A stretch of DNA of 20,311 bases, taken from NCBI GenBank assembly GCA_964016885.1, contig CAXHJY010001061.1, positions 1 to 20,311 on the forward strand, in the 5' to 3' direction. This DNA comes from Eledone cirrhosa. Lineage: Eukaryota. Shown here piece after piece: positions 1 to 9,681 of the stretch. A program made the position numbers and the translations under genes. The notes beneath the pieces were generated by a model that had not been told where the DNA came from, ran no database searches, and saw only the letters and a program-made list of their open reading frames with translations. Within the stretch, counting starts at the first letter, position 1. Every line of letters begins with the position of its first letter.

Positions 1-2870
1 CTGGCTGGCTGGCGTTCCGGTTGGTTGGGTTACTGGCTGGCTGGTTGGTTGGTTGGGTTACTGGTTGGCTGGTTGGTTGGTTGGGTTACTGGTTGGCTGG
101 TTGGTTGGTTGGGTTACTGGCTGGCTGGTTGGGGTTGTCTGGTTGGGTTACTGGCTGGCTGGTTGGTGGGTTGGGTTACTGGCTGGCTGGTTGGGGTTGT
201 CGGTTGGGTTACTGGCTGGCTGGTTGGTGGGTTGGGTTACTGGCTGGCTGGTTGGGGGTTGTCTGGTTGGGTTACTGGCTGGGCTGGTTGGTTGGTTGGG
301 TTACTGGCTGGCTGGTTGGTTGGTTGGGTTACTGGCTGGCTGGTTGGTTGGTTGGGTTACTGGTTGGCTGGTTGGTTGGTTGGGTTACTGGCTGGCTGGT
401 TGGTTGGTTGGGTTACTGGCTGGCTGGTTGGGGGTTGTCTGGTTGGGTTACTGGCTGGCTGGTGGTGGGTTGGGTTACTGGCTGGCTGGTTGGGGGTTGT
501 CTGGTTGGGTTACTGGCTGGCTGGTTGGTTGGTTGGGTTACTGGCTGGCTGGTTGGTTGGTTGGGTTACTGGCTGGCTGGTTGGTTGGTTGGGTTACTGG
601 CTGGCTGGTTGGTTGGTTGGGTTACTGGCTGGCTGGTTGGTTGGTTGGGTTACTGGCTGGCTGGTTGGTTGGTTGGGTTACTGGTTGGCTGGTTGGTTGG
701 TTGGGTTACTGGCTGGCTGGTTGGTTGGTTGGGTTACTGGCTGGCTGGTTGGTTGGTTGGGTTACTGGCTGGCTGGTTGGTTGGTTGGGTTACTGGCTGG
801 CTGGTTGGTTGGTTGGGTTACTGGCTGGCTGGTTGGTTGGTTGGGTTACTGGTTGGCTGGTTGGTTGGTTGGGTTACTGGCTGGCTGGTTGGGGGTTGTC
901 TGGTTGGGTTACTGGCTGGCTGGTTGGTGGGTTGGGTTACTGGCTGGCTGGTTGGGGTTGTCTGGTTGGGTTACTGGCTGGCTGGTTGGTGGGTTGGGTT
1001 ACTGGCTGGCTGGTTGGGGGTTGTCTGGTTGGGTTACTGGCTGGCTGGTTGGTTGGTTGGGTTACTGGCTGGCTGGTTGGGGGTTGTCTGGTTGGGTTAC
1101 TGGCTGGCTGGTTGGTTGGTTGGGTTACTGGCTGGCTGGTTGGTTGGTTGGGTTACTGGCTGGCTGGTTGGGGGTTGTCTGGTTGGGTTACTGGCTGGCT
1201 GGTTGGTTGTCTGGGTTACTGGCTGGCTGGTTGGTGGGTTGGGTTACTGGCTGGCTGGTTGGGGTTGTCTGGTTGGATTACTGGCTGGCTGGTTGGTGGG
1301 TTGGGTTACTGGCTGGCTGGTTGGTTGGTTGGGTTACTGGCTGGCTGGTTGGTTGGTTGGGTTACTGGCTGGCTGGTTGGGGGTTGTCTGGTTGGGTTAC
1401 TGGCTGGCTGGTTGGTTGGTTGGTTGGTTGGTGGGTTGGGTTACTGGCTGGCTGGTTGGTTGGTTGGGTTACTGGCTGGCTGGTTGGGGGTTGTCTGGTT
1501 GGGTTACTGGCTGGCTGGTTGGTTGGTTGGGTTACTGGCTGGCTGGTTGGGGGTTGTCTGGTTGGGTTACTGGCTGGCTGGTTGGTTGGTTGGGTTACTG
1601 GCTGGCTGGTTGGGGGTTGTCTGGTTGGGTTACTGGCTGGCTGGTTGGTTGGTTGGGTTACTGGCTGGCTGGTTGGGGGTTGTCTGGTTGGGTTACTGGC
1701 TGGCTGGTTGGGGGTTGTTTGGTTGGGTTACTGGCTGGCTGGTTGGTTGGTTGGGTTACTGGCTGGCTGGTTGGGGGTTGTCTGGTTGGGTTACTGGCTG
1801 GCTGGTTGGGGGTTGTTTGGTTGGGTTACTGGCTGGCTGGTTGGTTGGTTGGGTTACTGGCTGGCTGGTTGGGGGTTGTCTGGTTGGGTTACTGGCTGGC
1901 TGGTTGGTTGGTTGGTTGGTTGGTGGGTTGGGTTACTGGCTGGCTGGTTGGGGGTTGTTTGGTTGGGTTACTGGTTGGCTGGTTGGTTGGTTGGGTTACT
2001 GGTTGGCTGGTTGGTGGGTTGGGTTACTGGCTGGCTGGTTGGCTGGTTGGGTTACTGGCTGGCTGGTTGGTTGTCTGGTTGGGTTACTGGCTGGCTGGTT
2101 GGTTGTCTGGTTGGGTTACTGGTTGGCTGGTTGGATTACTGGCTGGCTGGTTGGTTGGTTGGGTTACTGGCTGGCTGGTTGGATTACTGGCTGGCTGGTT
2201 GGTTGGTTGGGTTACTGGTTGGCTGGTTGGATTACTGGCTGGCTGGTTGGTTGGTTGGGTTACTGGCTGGCTGGTTGGTTGGTTGGTTGGGTTACTGGTT
2301 GGCTGGTTGGTGGGTTGGGTTACTGGTTGGTTGGTTGGGTTACTGGCTGGCTGGTTGGTTGGTTGGTTGGGTTACTGGTTGGCTGGTTGGTTGGTTGGGT
2401 TACTGGCTGGCTGGTTGGTTGGTTGGTTGGGTTACTGGTTGGCTGGTTGGTTGGTTGGGTTACTGGTTGGCTGGTTGGTTGGTTGGGTTACTGGCTGGCT
2501 GGTTGGTTGGTTGGGTTACTGGTTGGCTGGTTGGTTGGTTGGGTTACTGGTTGGCTGGTTGGTTGGTTGGGTTACTGGTTGGCTGGTTGGTTGGTTGGGT
2601 TACTGGTTGGCTGGTTGGTGGGTTGGGTTACTGGCTGGCTGGTTGGGTTACTGGCTGGCTGGTTGGTTGGTTGGGTTACTGGCTGGCTGGTTGGTTGGTT
2701 GGGTTACTGGTTGGCTGGTTGGTTGGTTGGGTTACTGGTTGGCTGGTTGGTTGGTTGGGTTACTGGCTGGCTGTTGGTGGGTTGGGTTACTGGCTGGTTG
2801 ACTGGCTGGCTGGTTGGTTGACTGGCTGGCTGGCTGGTGTGTTGACTGGTAGGTATTGGTTAGTTGGTAA
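1..2870. repeat. G/T-rich minisatellite array, base unit 28 bp (GGGTTACTGGCTGGCTGGTTGGTTGGTT) with 20-, 32- and 33-bp variants; runs off the left edge and degenerates after ~2770
   Basis: Read directly: roughly 100 tandem units anchored on GGGTTACTGG. Variants carry TTGGGGGTTGTCTGG or GGATTA. A occurs almost only within TTAC. Confidence 0.97.
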
Positions 2871-3005
2871 GATGCAAATTGTGTTGTGCCAAGTTGAAGG
2901 AATTTAAAGAGGATTGGGGTGTGGGGTGTATGTCATGGAGGGTTGAAATATATATAAACAGATAAATGTAACTATTTATAAGTGTATATATACATAAATA
3001 AATAA

Positions 3006-3061
3006 ATATATATATATATATATAATATATATAATATATATTATATATATATATATATATA

Positions 3062-3093
<32 letters not shown>

Positions 3094-3181
3094 ATATATA
3101 TATATATATATAATATATATATATAATATATATATATAATATATATATATATAATATATATATATAATATATAATATATAT

Positions 3182-3234
<53 letters not shown>

Positions 3235-3245
3235 TATATATATAT
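3006..3245. repeat. Interrupted (TA)n microsatellite
   Basis: About 240 bp of TA repeats with periodic AA interruptions. Confidence 0.97.
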
Positions 3246-3250
3246 TTATT

Positions 3251-3407
3251 TATTTATGTTACTGAATAACAACTTATATACACTCATCTACGTATAAATG
3301 TTATTCCACTCTCCTTAACAGATTAGAATTGTTTCTTTTAGTTCATTGCAATTCCCATCATGTGATTTCAGTACCATCTATATATATAGCTTGAAAACAT
3401 ATCTCCA
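3251..3407 (+). repeat. Left arm of a 157-bp perfect inverted repeat (partner 4398-4554)
   Basis: TATTTATGTTACTG...AAACATATCTCCA is the exact reverse complement of 4398-4554 by manual comparison. Confidence 0.95.
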
Positions 3408-3423
3408 TATATATACATACATA

Positions 3424-4020
3424 AAGGAATTGAGAGAGAGACTGAGCATAAGAGGAATCAAATGCTGCGTGCAGGAGAGGCGGTTACGCTGGTATGGACA
3501 TGTGATGCGTATGAAGGATGACAGCTGCATAAAAAGGTGCAGAGCACTAGAAGTTGATGGAAACCGCGGAGTGGGGAGACCCAAGATGACTTGGGATGAG
3601 GTGATAAAAGCCGACCTTACCCAACTACACCTCTCAAAGTCAATGGCACACGACCGTGACTTCTGGCGTCATGCAGTAATACAGGGTACCCGACCTCCCA
3701 TGGGTACATGCTGAAGCATATAAACAATATGCCCCCCCCCCCCCCCCCCACCACCGCAAGGTGGTCGTGGAGGTGCCACGGCAAAAAAGCACCCAGCCCA
3801 CACTGTAAAGTGGACGTGTAGGCGCCACGAAAAAGCACCCAGCACTCACTGTAAATGAGGTTGGTGTTAGGAAGGGCATCCAGCTGTAGAAATCAAGCCA
3901 GATCAGTTCCTGTATGAGCAAGGCATGGTCAGCCGACCAGACACTGCCCACAACAGGACAACCCGTCTAACCCATGCTAGCGTGGAAGAGCGGACGTAAA
4001 ACGGTGATGATGATGATGAT
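3424..4020 (+). mobile_element. RTE-clade LINE, 5'-truncated: ORF C-terminus, 3' UTR and (GAT)n tail
   Basis: Translation ELRERL..RRLRWYGHVMRM..GNRGVGRPKMTW..DRDFWR is the typical RTE C-terminus (LRWxGHV, RxxGRP, DRxxW), stop at 3714. Ends in (GAT)n at ~4005-4020. Homologous to 7045-7680. Confidence 0.92.
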
Positions 4021-4348
4021 ACATGGCTTAGTGGTTAGAGCATTGGCCTTGCAATCGAAAGGTTGTGAGTTCAATTCTCAGACCGGGTGATGTGTTGTTT
4101 CCTTGAGCAAGACACTTTATTTCACATTGCTCCAGTTTACTCAGCTGTAGAAATGAGAAGATAGGGACTGCGGTCCCTTTCATTCCACTGCAAAGTGGTC
4201 GTGGAGGTGCCACAGCATAAAAGCACCCAGCACTCACTGTAAATGAGGTTGGTGTTAGGAAGGGCATCCAGCTGTAGAAATCAAGCCAGAATCAGTTCCC
4301 GTCCCACCCTTGCAAGCAGGGAAAAGTGGACGTAAAATGAAATGAAAA

Positions 4349-4351
<3 letters not shown>
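4021..4351 (+). mobile_element. tRNA-derived SINE with CORE/Meta-like central domain and RTE-derived 3' tail
   Basis: Pol III A box TGGCTTAGTGG (4024-4034) and B box GAGTTCAATTCTC (4067-4079). CCTTGAGCAAGACACTT...CTCAGCTGTAGAAATGAG resembles the SINE CORE domain. 4219-4290 is identical to RTE 3' UTR 3831-3902. Tail is (AAATG)n-like. Confidence 0.85.

Positions 4352-4380
<29 letters not shown>
4352..4380. repeat. (AT)n microsatellite
   Basis: Pure AT run after the SINE tail. Confidence 0.95.
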
Positions 4381-4383
<3 letters not shown>

Positions 4384-4397
4384 CATATAGAGAGATC

Positions 4398-4554
4398 TGG
4401 AGATATGTTTTCAAGCTATATATATAGATGGTACTGAAATCACATGATGGGAATTGCAATGAACTAAAAGAAACAATTCTAATCTGTTAAGGAGAGTGGA
4501 ATAACATTTATACGTAGATGAGTGTATATAAGTTGTTATTCAGTAACATAAATA
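4398..4554 (-). repeat. Right arm of the 157-bp perfect inverted repeat (partner 3251-3407)
   Basis: Exact reverse complement of 3251-3407. Confidence 0.95.
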
Positions 4555-4588
4555 TCCAAGTTTGATACAACCAACGAGGTGATAACAT

Positions 4589-4660
4589 TGTATGTATGTA
4601 TGTGTGTGTAGGTATGTATGTATGTGTGTGTAGGTATATGTATGTATGTATGCATGTATC
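4589..4660. repeat. Compound (TATG)n/(TG)n microsatellite
   Basis: Read directly. Confidence 0.9.
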
Positions 4661-5232
4661 CCAGTACAACCTGTCTCATGGTCGGGTCGTTGGCAGCTAA
4701 ACTGGCAACCCCACCAAGGTTTCTTGGTGAGGAGGGTGACTTTGGATATCCTGCAGGACTAAAAACAAAACCTGTCAAAAGGCAAAGGAGCTCTTAAGAG
4801 TCAATGGCCATCCAAAATCACCGGGAGAAATGACCCCTTAGCCTTTGTCAAGGCAGAATTCTAGGAGAAGGAAAACTCTGATATAACACCTGCAACCCTG
4901 ATGGTATCCAATGATGTTGACTTGTTCTTCTTTTTGGTAAATATCATCTTGGTTAAGAGAGTGGGACTGGCTTTGTAGCAGTGCCTTTGCTCACTATAAA
5001 AGCTTCACGGCACAGGCATTGCTTTATATCTGGAGATCTCTCTGCACTTGTCGTCACATGGTACCATGGGCCCAGCACTATGTGTCAATAATTGTCACAT
5101 GTGTAGTGTTTGTACCAGAGTTTTCAAGTCGATGGCTGGACTAAAAAGTCACACTCGTTTAGCGCATCGGTAGGGGTTCTCCTACATGGATATAAAGTAG
5201 TGGCCGTACTCGAAAACGAGTTGGCAGCCACC
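4661..5232. mobile_element. Probable interspersed-repeat fragment, possibly an RTE 5' UTR-like sequence
   Basis: GC-richer block bounded by microsatellites, just upstream of an RTE remnant. CTAGGAGAAGGAAAACTCTGA (4861-4881) resembles a motif I recall from RTE-associated repeats. No coding evidence. Confidence 0.35.
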
Positions 5233-5301
5233 ATGTATGTATATATGTATGTAAGTGTGTATGTATGCTTGTAGTATGTATGTTTTGTCTCATACATAAA
5301 T

Positions 5302-5332
<31 letters not shown>
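5233..5332. repeat. Compound (TATG)/(CA)n/(TA)n microsatellite
   Basis: Read directly. Confidence 0.9.
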
Positions 5333-5340
5333 CATCAAAC

Positions 5341-5495
5341 CTGGATCATGATCTAGAATCAAAAGGTCTTAAAGTTAACTTGTGAAAGACCAAAGTTCTA
5401 TGTAGAAAGGAAGACAGGGCCCAGACTCTCCCAGGGAAATGGCCTTGCTCAGTTTGCAGGAAAGGAGTAGGTAGAAATTCCATCCTGTGTCCCAA
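5341..5495 (+). mobile_element. Decayed RTE-clade LINE, part 1: RT motif GLKVN..KTK and first half of a Cys finger
   Basis: Frame from 5341 reads LESKGLKVNL*KTKVLCRKEDRAQTLPGKWPCSVCRKGVGRNSILCP and continues in register at 6601. Confidence 0.85.
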
Positions 5496-6314
5496 CTGAA
5501 ATATGCAGATGACATCAAGCTGTACCTTGAAATCAAAAGGACTGATCCTGAAATCTACAACTCTTTCCTACAATCAGACCTGGACACAATGCAGCAATGG
5601 ATCACAGACTGGCAACTGAAGCTGGCTGTGGACAAGTGTACCACCATGCATTTTGGGAGGAAAAATCCAGCGTCCACATACTCCCTCCACAACACTGATA
5701 TCAAGAAGTCCTCTTGTGAACGTGACCTGGGCATTACTGTCAGCAGCGATTTGCGTTGGACAAGGCATGTCTCTAAGATTGTCAAGAAGGCCGAGGGTGT
5801 CTTGGCATCACTCAGCAAGACCTTTGTTAGCCGCTCTCCAGCCATCTATTTAAAACTGTATACAGCTATGGTACGACCACACTTGGAATTCGCATCATCA
5901 GTCTGGAACCCCTATCTTGCTCAGAACATTGACCTCCTGGAAACTGTTCAGAGACATGCAACCAAGCGCATACCCTCCATCAGACACCTACCATACTCTG
6001 AACGCCTTGCTTCCCTGGGCATGGATTCATTGAAGCTCCGACGTCTGGCAATGGACTTGGTGAATACCCACAAAGTTATTAACCATCTCGCCAATTGCAA
6101 CCCTGAGCACCTTTTTGATCTCCATGTGTCTAACACACGTGGACATGCCTACAAGATCAGAAAACAGCACAGCTCCCATGACTTTCGTAGACATTTTTTC
6201 ACGCTCAGAGTTGCTGAAGCATGGAACAAACTGCCTGCGTCAGTTGTTAGCTCCCGAGACACTGCATCCTTTAAGACACTCATGCTTCCCGAAATACGCC
6301 AAAACTACACCTGA
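5496..6314 (+). pseudogene. C-terminal part of a CR1-type reverse transcriptase (ORF2 fragment; no start codon, no endonuclease)
   Basis: ORF track 5487..6314. The first three codons derive from the host RTE. Confidence 0.88.
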
Positions 6315-6347
6315 TGTACCCCTTCCATACACATGCACACATGTGTG

Positions 6348-6600
6348 TATCATGACTCGTGCACTGTTCATTTTCCTGATGTTTGTGCATTGCCCTATGT
6401 ACTGTACATGCACTTTTTGATGAGTTGTAGTGCACCTGAGCACTGTACATAATATTTCATTATTATTGTTATTGTTATTATTATATCATGACTCATACAC
6501 TGTTCATTTTCCTGACATTTGTACATTATTCTATGTACTATACATGCACCTTTGATGAGTTGTAATGCACCTGAGCACTGTACACAATAATTTCATTATT
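6348..6600 (+). repeat. Tandem duplication of the CR1 3' terminus, two diverged ~117-bp copies (6348-~6465, 6484-6600)
   Basis: Both copies start TATCATGACTC and end GCACCTGAGCACTGTACA..TTTCATTATT, separated by an (ATT/GTT)n tail. Confidence 0.9.
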
Positions 6601-7680
6601 AAATGCAAATTATAAATACAAAAGAGATGTAGTGGGATCTCAGACAGGTACAAAGAAAGTAGGTTTTACATGTGGCTGATGCACAGGTACAGTAAATAGC
6701 AAGAGCCCACATGATACAAGCTCCTTCAAATACCCTGTGTGTTGTGTAGAACTAGTAGATAGTTACTTAGGTGACCAAAATAGCAGTCGAGGGGGCTGTT
6801 CCGAAAGTACTGTAGCCACTATAAGAACGGGTTGGAGAAAGTTTAAGGAGCTATTACCACTGATAACTACAAAATGTTTTTCCCTCAAAATGAAAGGCAG
6901 ATTGTATGATGCATGTATACAAACAGCAATGTTGCATGGTAGTGAGACCTGGGTGCTGTGTGCAGAGGACCTGTGAAGATTGGAAGTTTCCATGCTTCGA
7001 TGGATGTGTAATAGTAATATGCATGAACAGCAAAGCATAATTGATCTGAGAGAGAAACTGGGCATAAAAGGGATACGATGCAGTGTGCAGGAAAGGAGAT
7101 TGCGTTGGTAGGGACATGTGATGCGTGTGAAGTATGAGAGCTGTATAAAAAGGTGCTGAATGCTCAAAGTTGATAGAAGCTATGGTGTAGGAAGACTTTG
7201 GATGAGGTGATAAAAGCTGACCTTGCACAATTGCACCTTGCAGGACTGTGATCTCTGGCACTATGTAGTAATACAGAAGACCCACCTTCCTACATGCACA
7301 GATTGAGGCATACATCTAGTATACATACCTTCCCGTCCACTACCCATTCCATACACTTTCCACATTGTAACCCCCCCACCCCCACCCTCACATATGCCCC
7401 TACGTCTACCCCCCCCCAATCCCCATGCACCTCCTCCACCCAAGTCCCCTGTCTACACTGTAAAGTGGTTGTGTAGATGTCACGACAAAAAGCACCCAGT
7501 CCACTCTGTAAAAACGGTTGGGATTAGGAAGGTCATCCAGCTACAGAAACCAAGCCCAAATCAGTTTTGTATGACTAAGATATGGTCATTCAACCTAGCT
7601 TGTCTCATAACAGGACAGCTTGTCTAACTCATGCTAGCATGGAAAATGGATGTTAAACAGTGATGATAATGATGATGATG
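6601..7680 (+). mobile_element. Decayed RTE-clade LINE, part 2: rest of Cys finger, RT thumb, C-terminus, 3' UTR and (GAT)n tail
   Basis: KCKL*IQKRCSGI..FTCG*C, then SYLGD..GGC..IRTGWRKFKELLPL..KGRLYDAC...MLHGSETW, then RRLRW*GHVMR, with several stops and frameshifts. 3' UTR is similar to 3790-4020. TGATGATAATGATGATGATG at 7661-7680. Confidence 0.92.
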
Positions 7681-8815
7681 TGTGTGTGTGTCTGTATGTC
7701 TATATATATACATACATAAACAATACTTTACACACATCACACAATATCTTATTCTATTGTAGAAGAATTCTTGACACTCAGTAAAATTTCAACAGAGATT
7801 TCTATCCCAGAAGAATCTAAACTACCAATTGTTTGTATAAATACCAGATTAAATAAAGATCAAGAATAAACAACCAAATTAAATGAGGTCTTTGACTTTG
7901 ATTTGGTATTTCCCTCTTACATTGCTCTGATAAGTCGTCTGCCTTGTCAAATATCACATTTCTGACTTTTTTGTTTTGTTTTTGCTTTTTTACATTAGTA
8001 TAATATACCAAACCCTTTACTGCCAATCTCACAGTTCTCATCTACCAATATTTTGCTCTGTTAAGCAGCAGAACAAATGGTTGATATATATATATATATA
8101 TTGCTATGTGTTTCTTTTTCTTCTTTTTTTTCTTGCGTGGTGAACAAAATATTTTCTTTTTAAAGTTGGACAAATGACATTATGTAACTTGAGAATTTTC
8201 TATTTAAATTGTCAGCCAAAGCTACTGGAAATATCAGGTTATGAATAATCAACCAACTGTACTATCAGCGTTTGAAATTTTTAGAATGCAGCAAGGATGA
8301 AATGCATTGAGTTTCCATAATAGCAAGCTGGTCTATGAGAAAGAATCAAGTTGTCTGTAATGAAATCATCGCTGGGCTAAATTTGCTGAGCTTATGAAAA
8401 AGATGTGTGTCAGTTGACGTATTTTCATATCATATGTTATGTTCATCAACCCAGACAAAAAAAATTCTATGACGACATCGAGGAAAATAGTTATGATGAC
8501 ACTTAGAGAATATTAAGCTCAACTTTCTTGGCTACTTTCTCTGGTCTCAGACTTCTAACAGCTGATGTTTGGCTGTAGCAGGTTGATCGTCATGACTGAC
8601 TGCTACAGCTAGGCCATTGGCATGAGGTTAGTAAATCTGCATCCCAAAATTCACTAATTCTTTCTTTCCTTTTCTTCACCTAATATCTAATGTGAACTGG
8701 TCATTTTTGGACAGCCAAATTCTGCATTTACTCTGCACTACATCTCACTTAAAAATTCCACCACATATAAACATAAATACATCACAACAATATACTCTTT
8801 TTCACGTTCAAATAT

Positions 8816-9002
8816 TATAATTGTTTCTACTTTAGGCACAAGGCCAGCAATTACCCAGGGCATTACTGGTACTTTATTTTATCGACCCGTAAGGAGGAAA
8901 GGCAAAGTCAACCTCGGCGGGATTTGAACTCAGATCGTAAAGGGACGTAACTATGCTGGAAAGCATGGCGTCCGACTCTCTACCGATACTGCCAATCCAC
9001 AA
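8816..9002 (-). mobile_element. tRNA-derived SINE (family B), near full length
   Basis: Reverse complement has A-box-like TGGCAGTATCGG, B box GAGTTCAAATCC, body CTTACGGGTCGATAAAATAAAGTACCAGTAATG and tail GGCCTTGTGCCTAAAGTAGAAACAATTAT, all shared with the intronic copies. Confidence 0.88.
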
Positions 9003-9627
9003 TATGATTTTATTGCATTCCATGGCTCAAATAAAAGCATTTTTTTTTTTTAATGCTTTGGGGAAATATTGCTTTCCTTACATCAGTCACACATCAATAC
9101 ATATGACATATGACCAACAAATAATTAACAATCCTACTAAATGTCTTTGAGGAAAATTGTGCTTGAAACAAAACAATGTTTGTGTGCTATAAATCTGTAA
9201 CAACTGAGCATTCAATTCAAGTACAGTTGACTTAAAAACTGATAATTAAAATATTTGTGATAAGTATTATGTCACCTCATGTCCTCAACCACCTGCTTCA
9301 CAAGAGTAAGTGGGGTAGTCATGGTCTACCAACTAATTTTACCTCTGAACATGATGCAAAGGATTTTTCACTCCCCCTCTCTTGGGGCTAGGGTTATGGT
9401 TATGGTTGGGGTTAATGGGTAAAGAAAACTCTGGGAAGGGGAGCAGGTCCGACTGTCCCCTTCTTTTTCGTGAAAAAAGAAGTCCCTTGCAGCATGTTCG
9501 GAAGTAAGATTAGTTGGCAGCACACACACACAAACGGAGGGGAAAAATAGTAAAGAAAGATCCAGAGGAGGGAGGGAGTGAAAAATCCGTGTCCCCTCCA
9601 CCATCACCACCACCACCTCCGAATATA

Positions 9628-9681
9628 CGAATATACACTAAAGGACTTTCCTCCCGGGGAAAGTCCTTTAGTGTATATTCG
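9628..9681. repeat. Perfect palindrome/hairpin: 24-bp arms, 6-nt spacer
   Basis: CGAATATACACTAAAGGACTTTCC (9628-9651), TCCCGG, GGAAAGTCCTTTAGTGTATATTCG (9658-9681). Confidence 0.95.

Larger units (their letters stand above)
5496..6600 (+). mobile_element. CR1-clade LINE, 5'-truncated at the YADD motif, with 3' UTR and (ATT)n tail; nested in the RTE
   Basis: Uninterrupted ORF to 6314: YADD..LQSDLD..W..W.LK....KC..MH.G..ERDLG..VRPHLEF...VW.P..E.VQR.ATK..Y.ERL..L...RR..TRGH..FF..RV...WN.LP, the canonical CR1-type ORF2 C-terminus. (ATT)n at ~6459-6484 and at 6595-6600. Confidence 0.93.

Noticed and set aside
1-2870. CRISPR array or true telomere
   Set aside because: There are no unique spacers or cas genes and the context is eukaryotic. 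GGGTTA occurs singly per unit, never as tandem (TTAGGG)n.
21-2907. Three ~920-960-aa W/L/G/V-rich ORFs that look like membrane proteins
   Set aside because: All three + frames are open only because the satellite unit lacks TAA/TAG/TGA. They have no ATG start and give the same permuted peptide in every frame.
4021-4090. tRNA gene
   Set aside because: A and B boxes are present, but there is no convincing acceptor stem and the sequence continues into a SINE core and a LINE-derived tail.
4389-5043. Near-inverted 18-mers AGAGAGATCTGGAGATAT (4389) and ATATCTGGAGATCTCTCT (5026)
   Set aside because: They are short, have two mismatches, are partly self-palindromic and do not extend, so chance cannot be excluded.
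5487-6314. Standalone RT of a retron, DGR or group II intron type, or a domesticated gene
   Set aside because: The motifs are CR1 non-LTR type, it is truncated at YADD without a start codon, and it has a LINE 3' tail.
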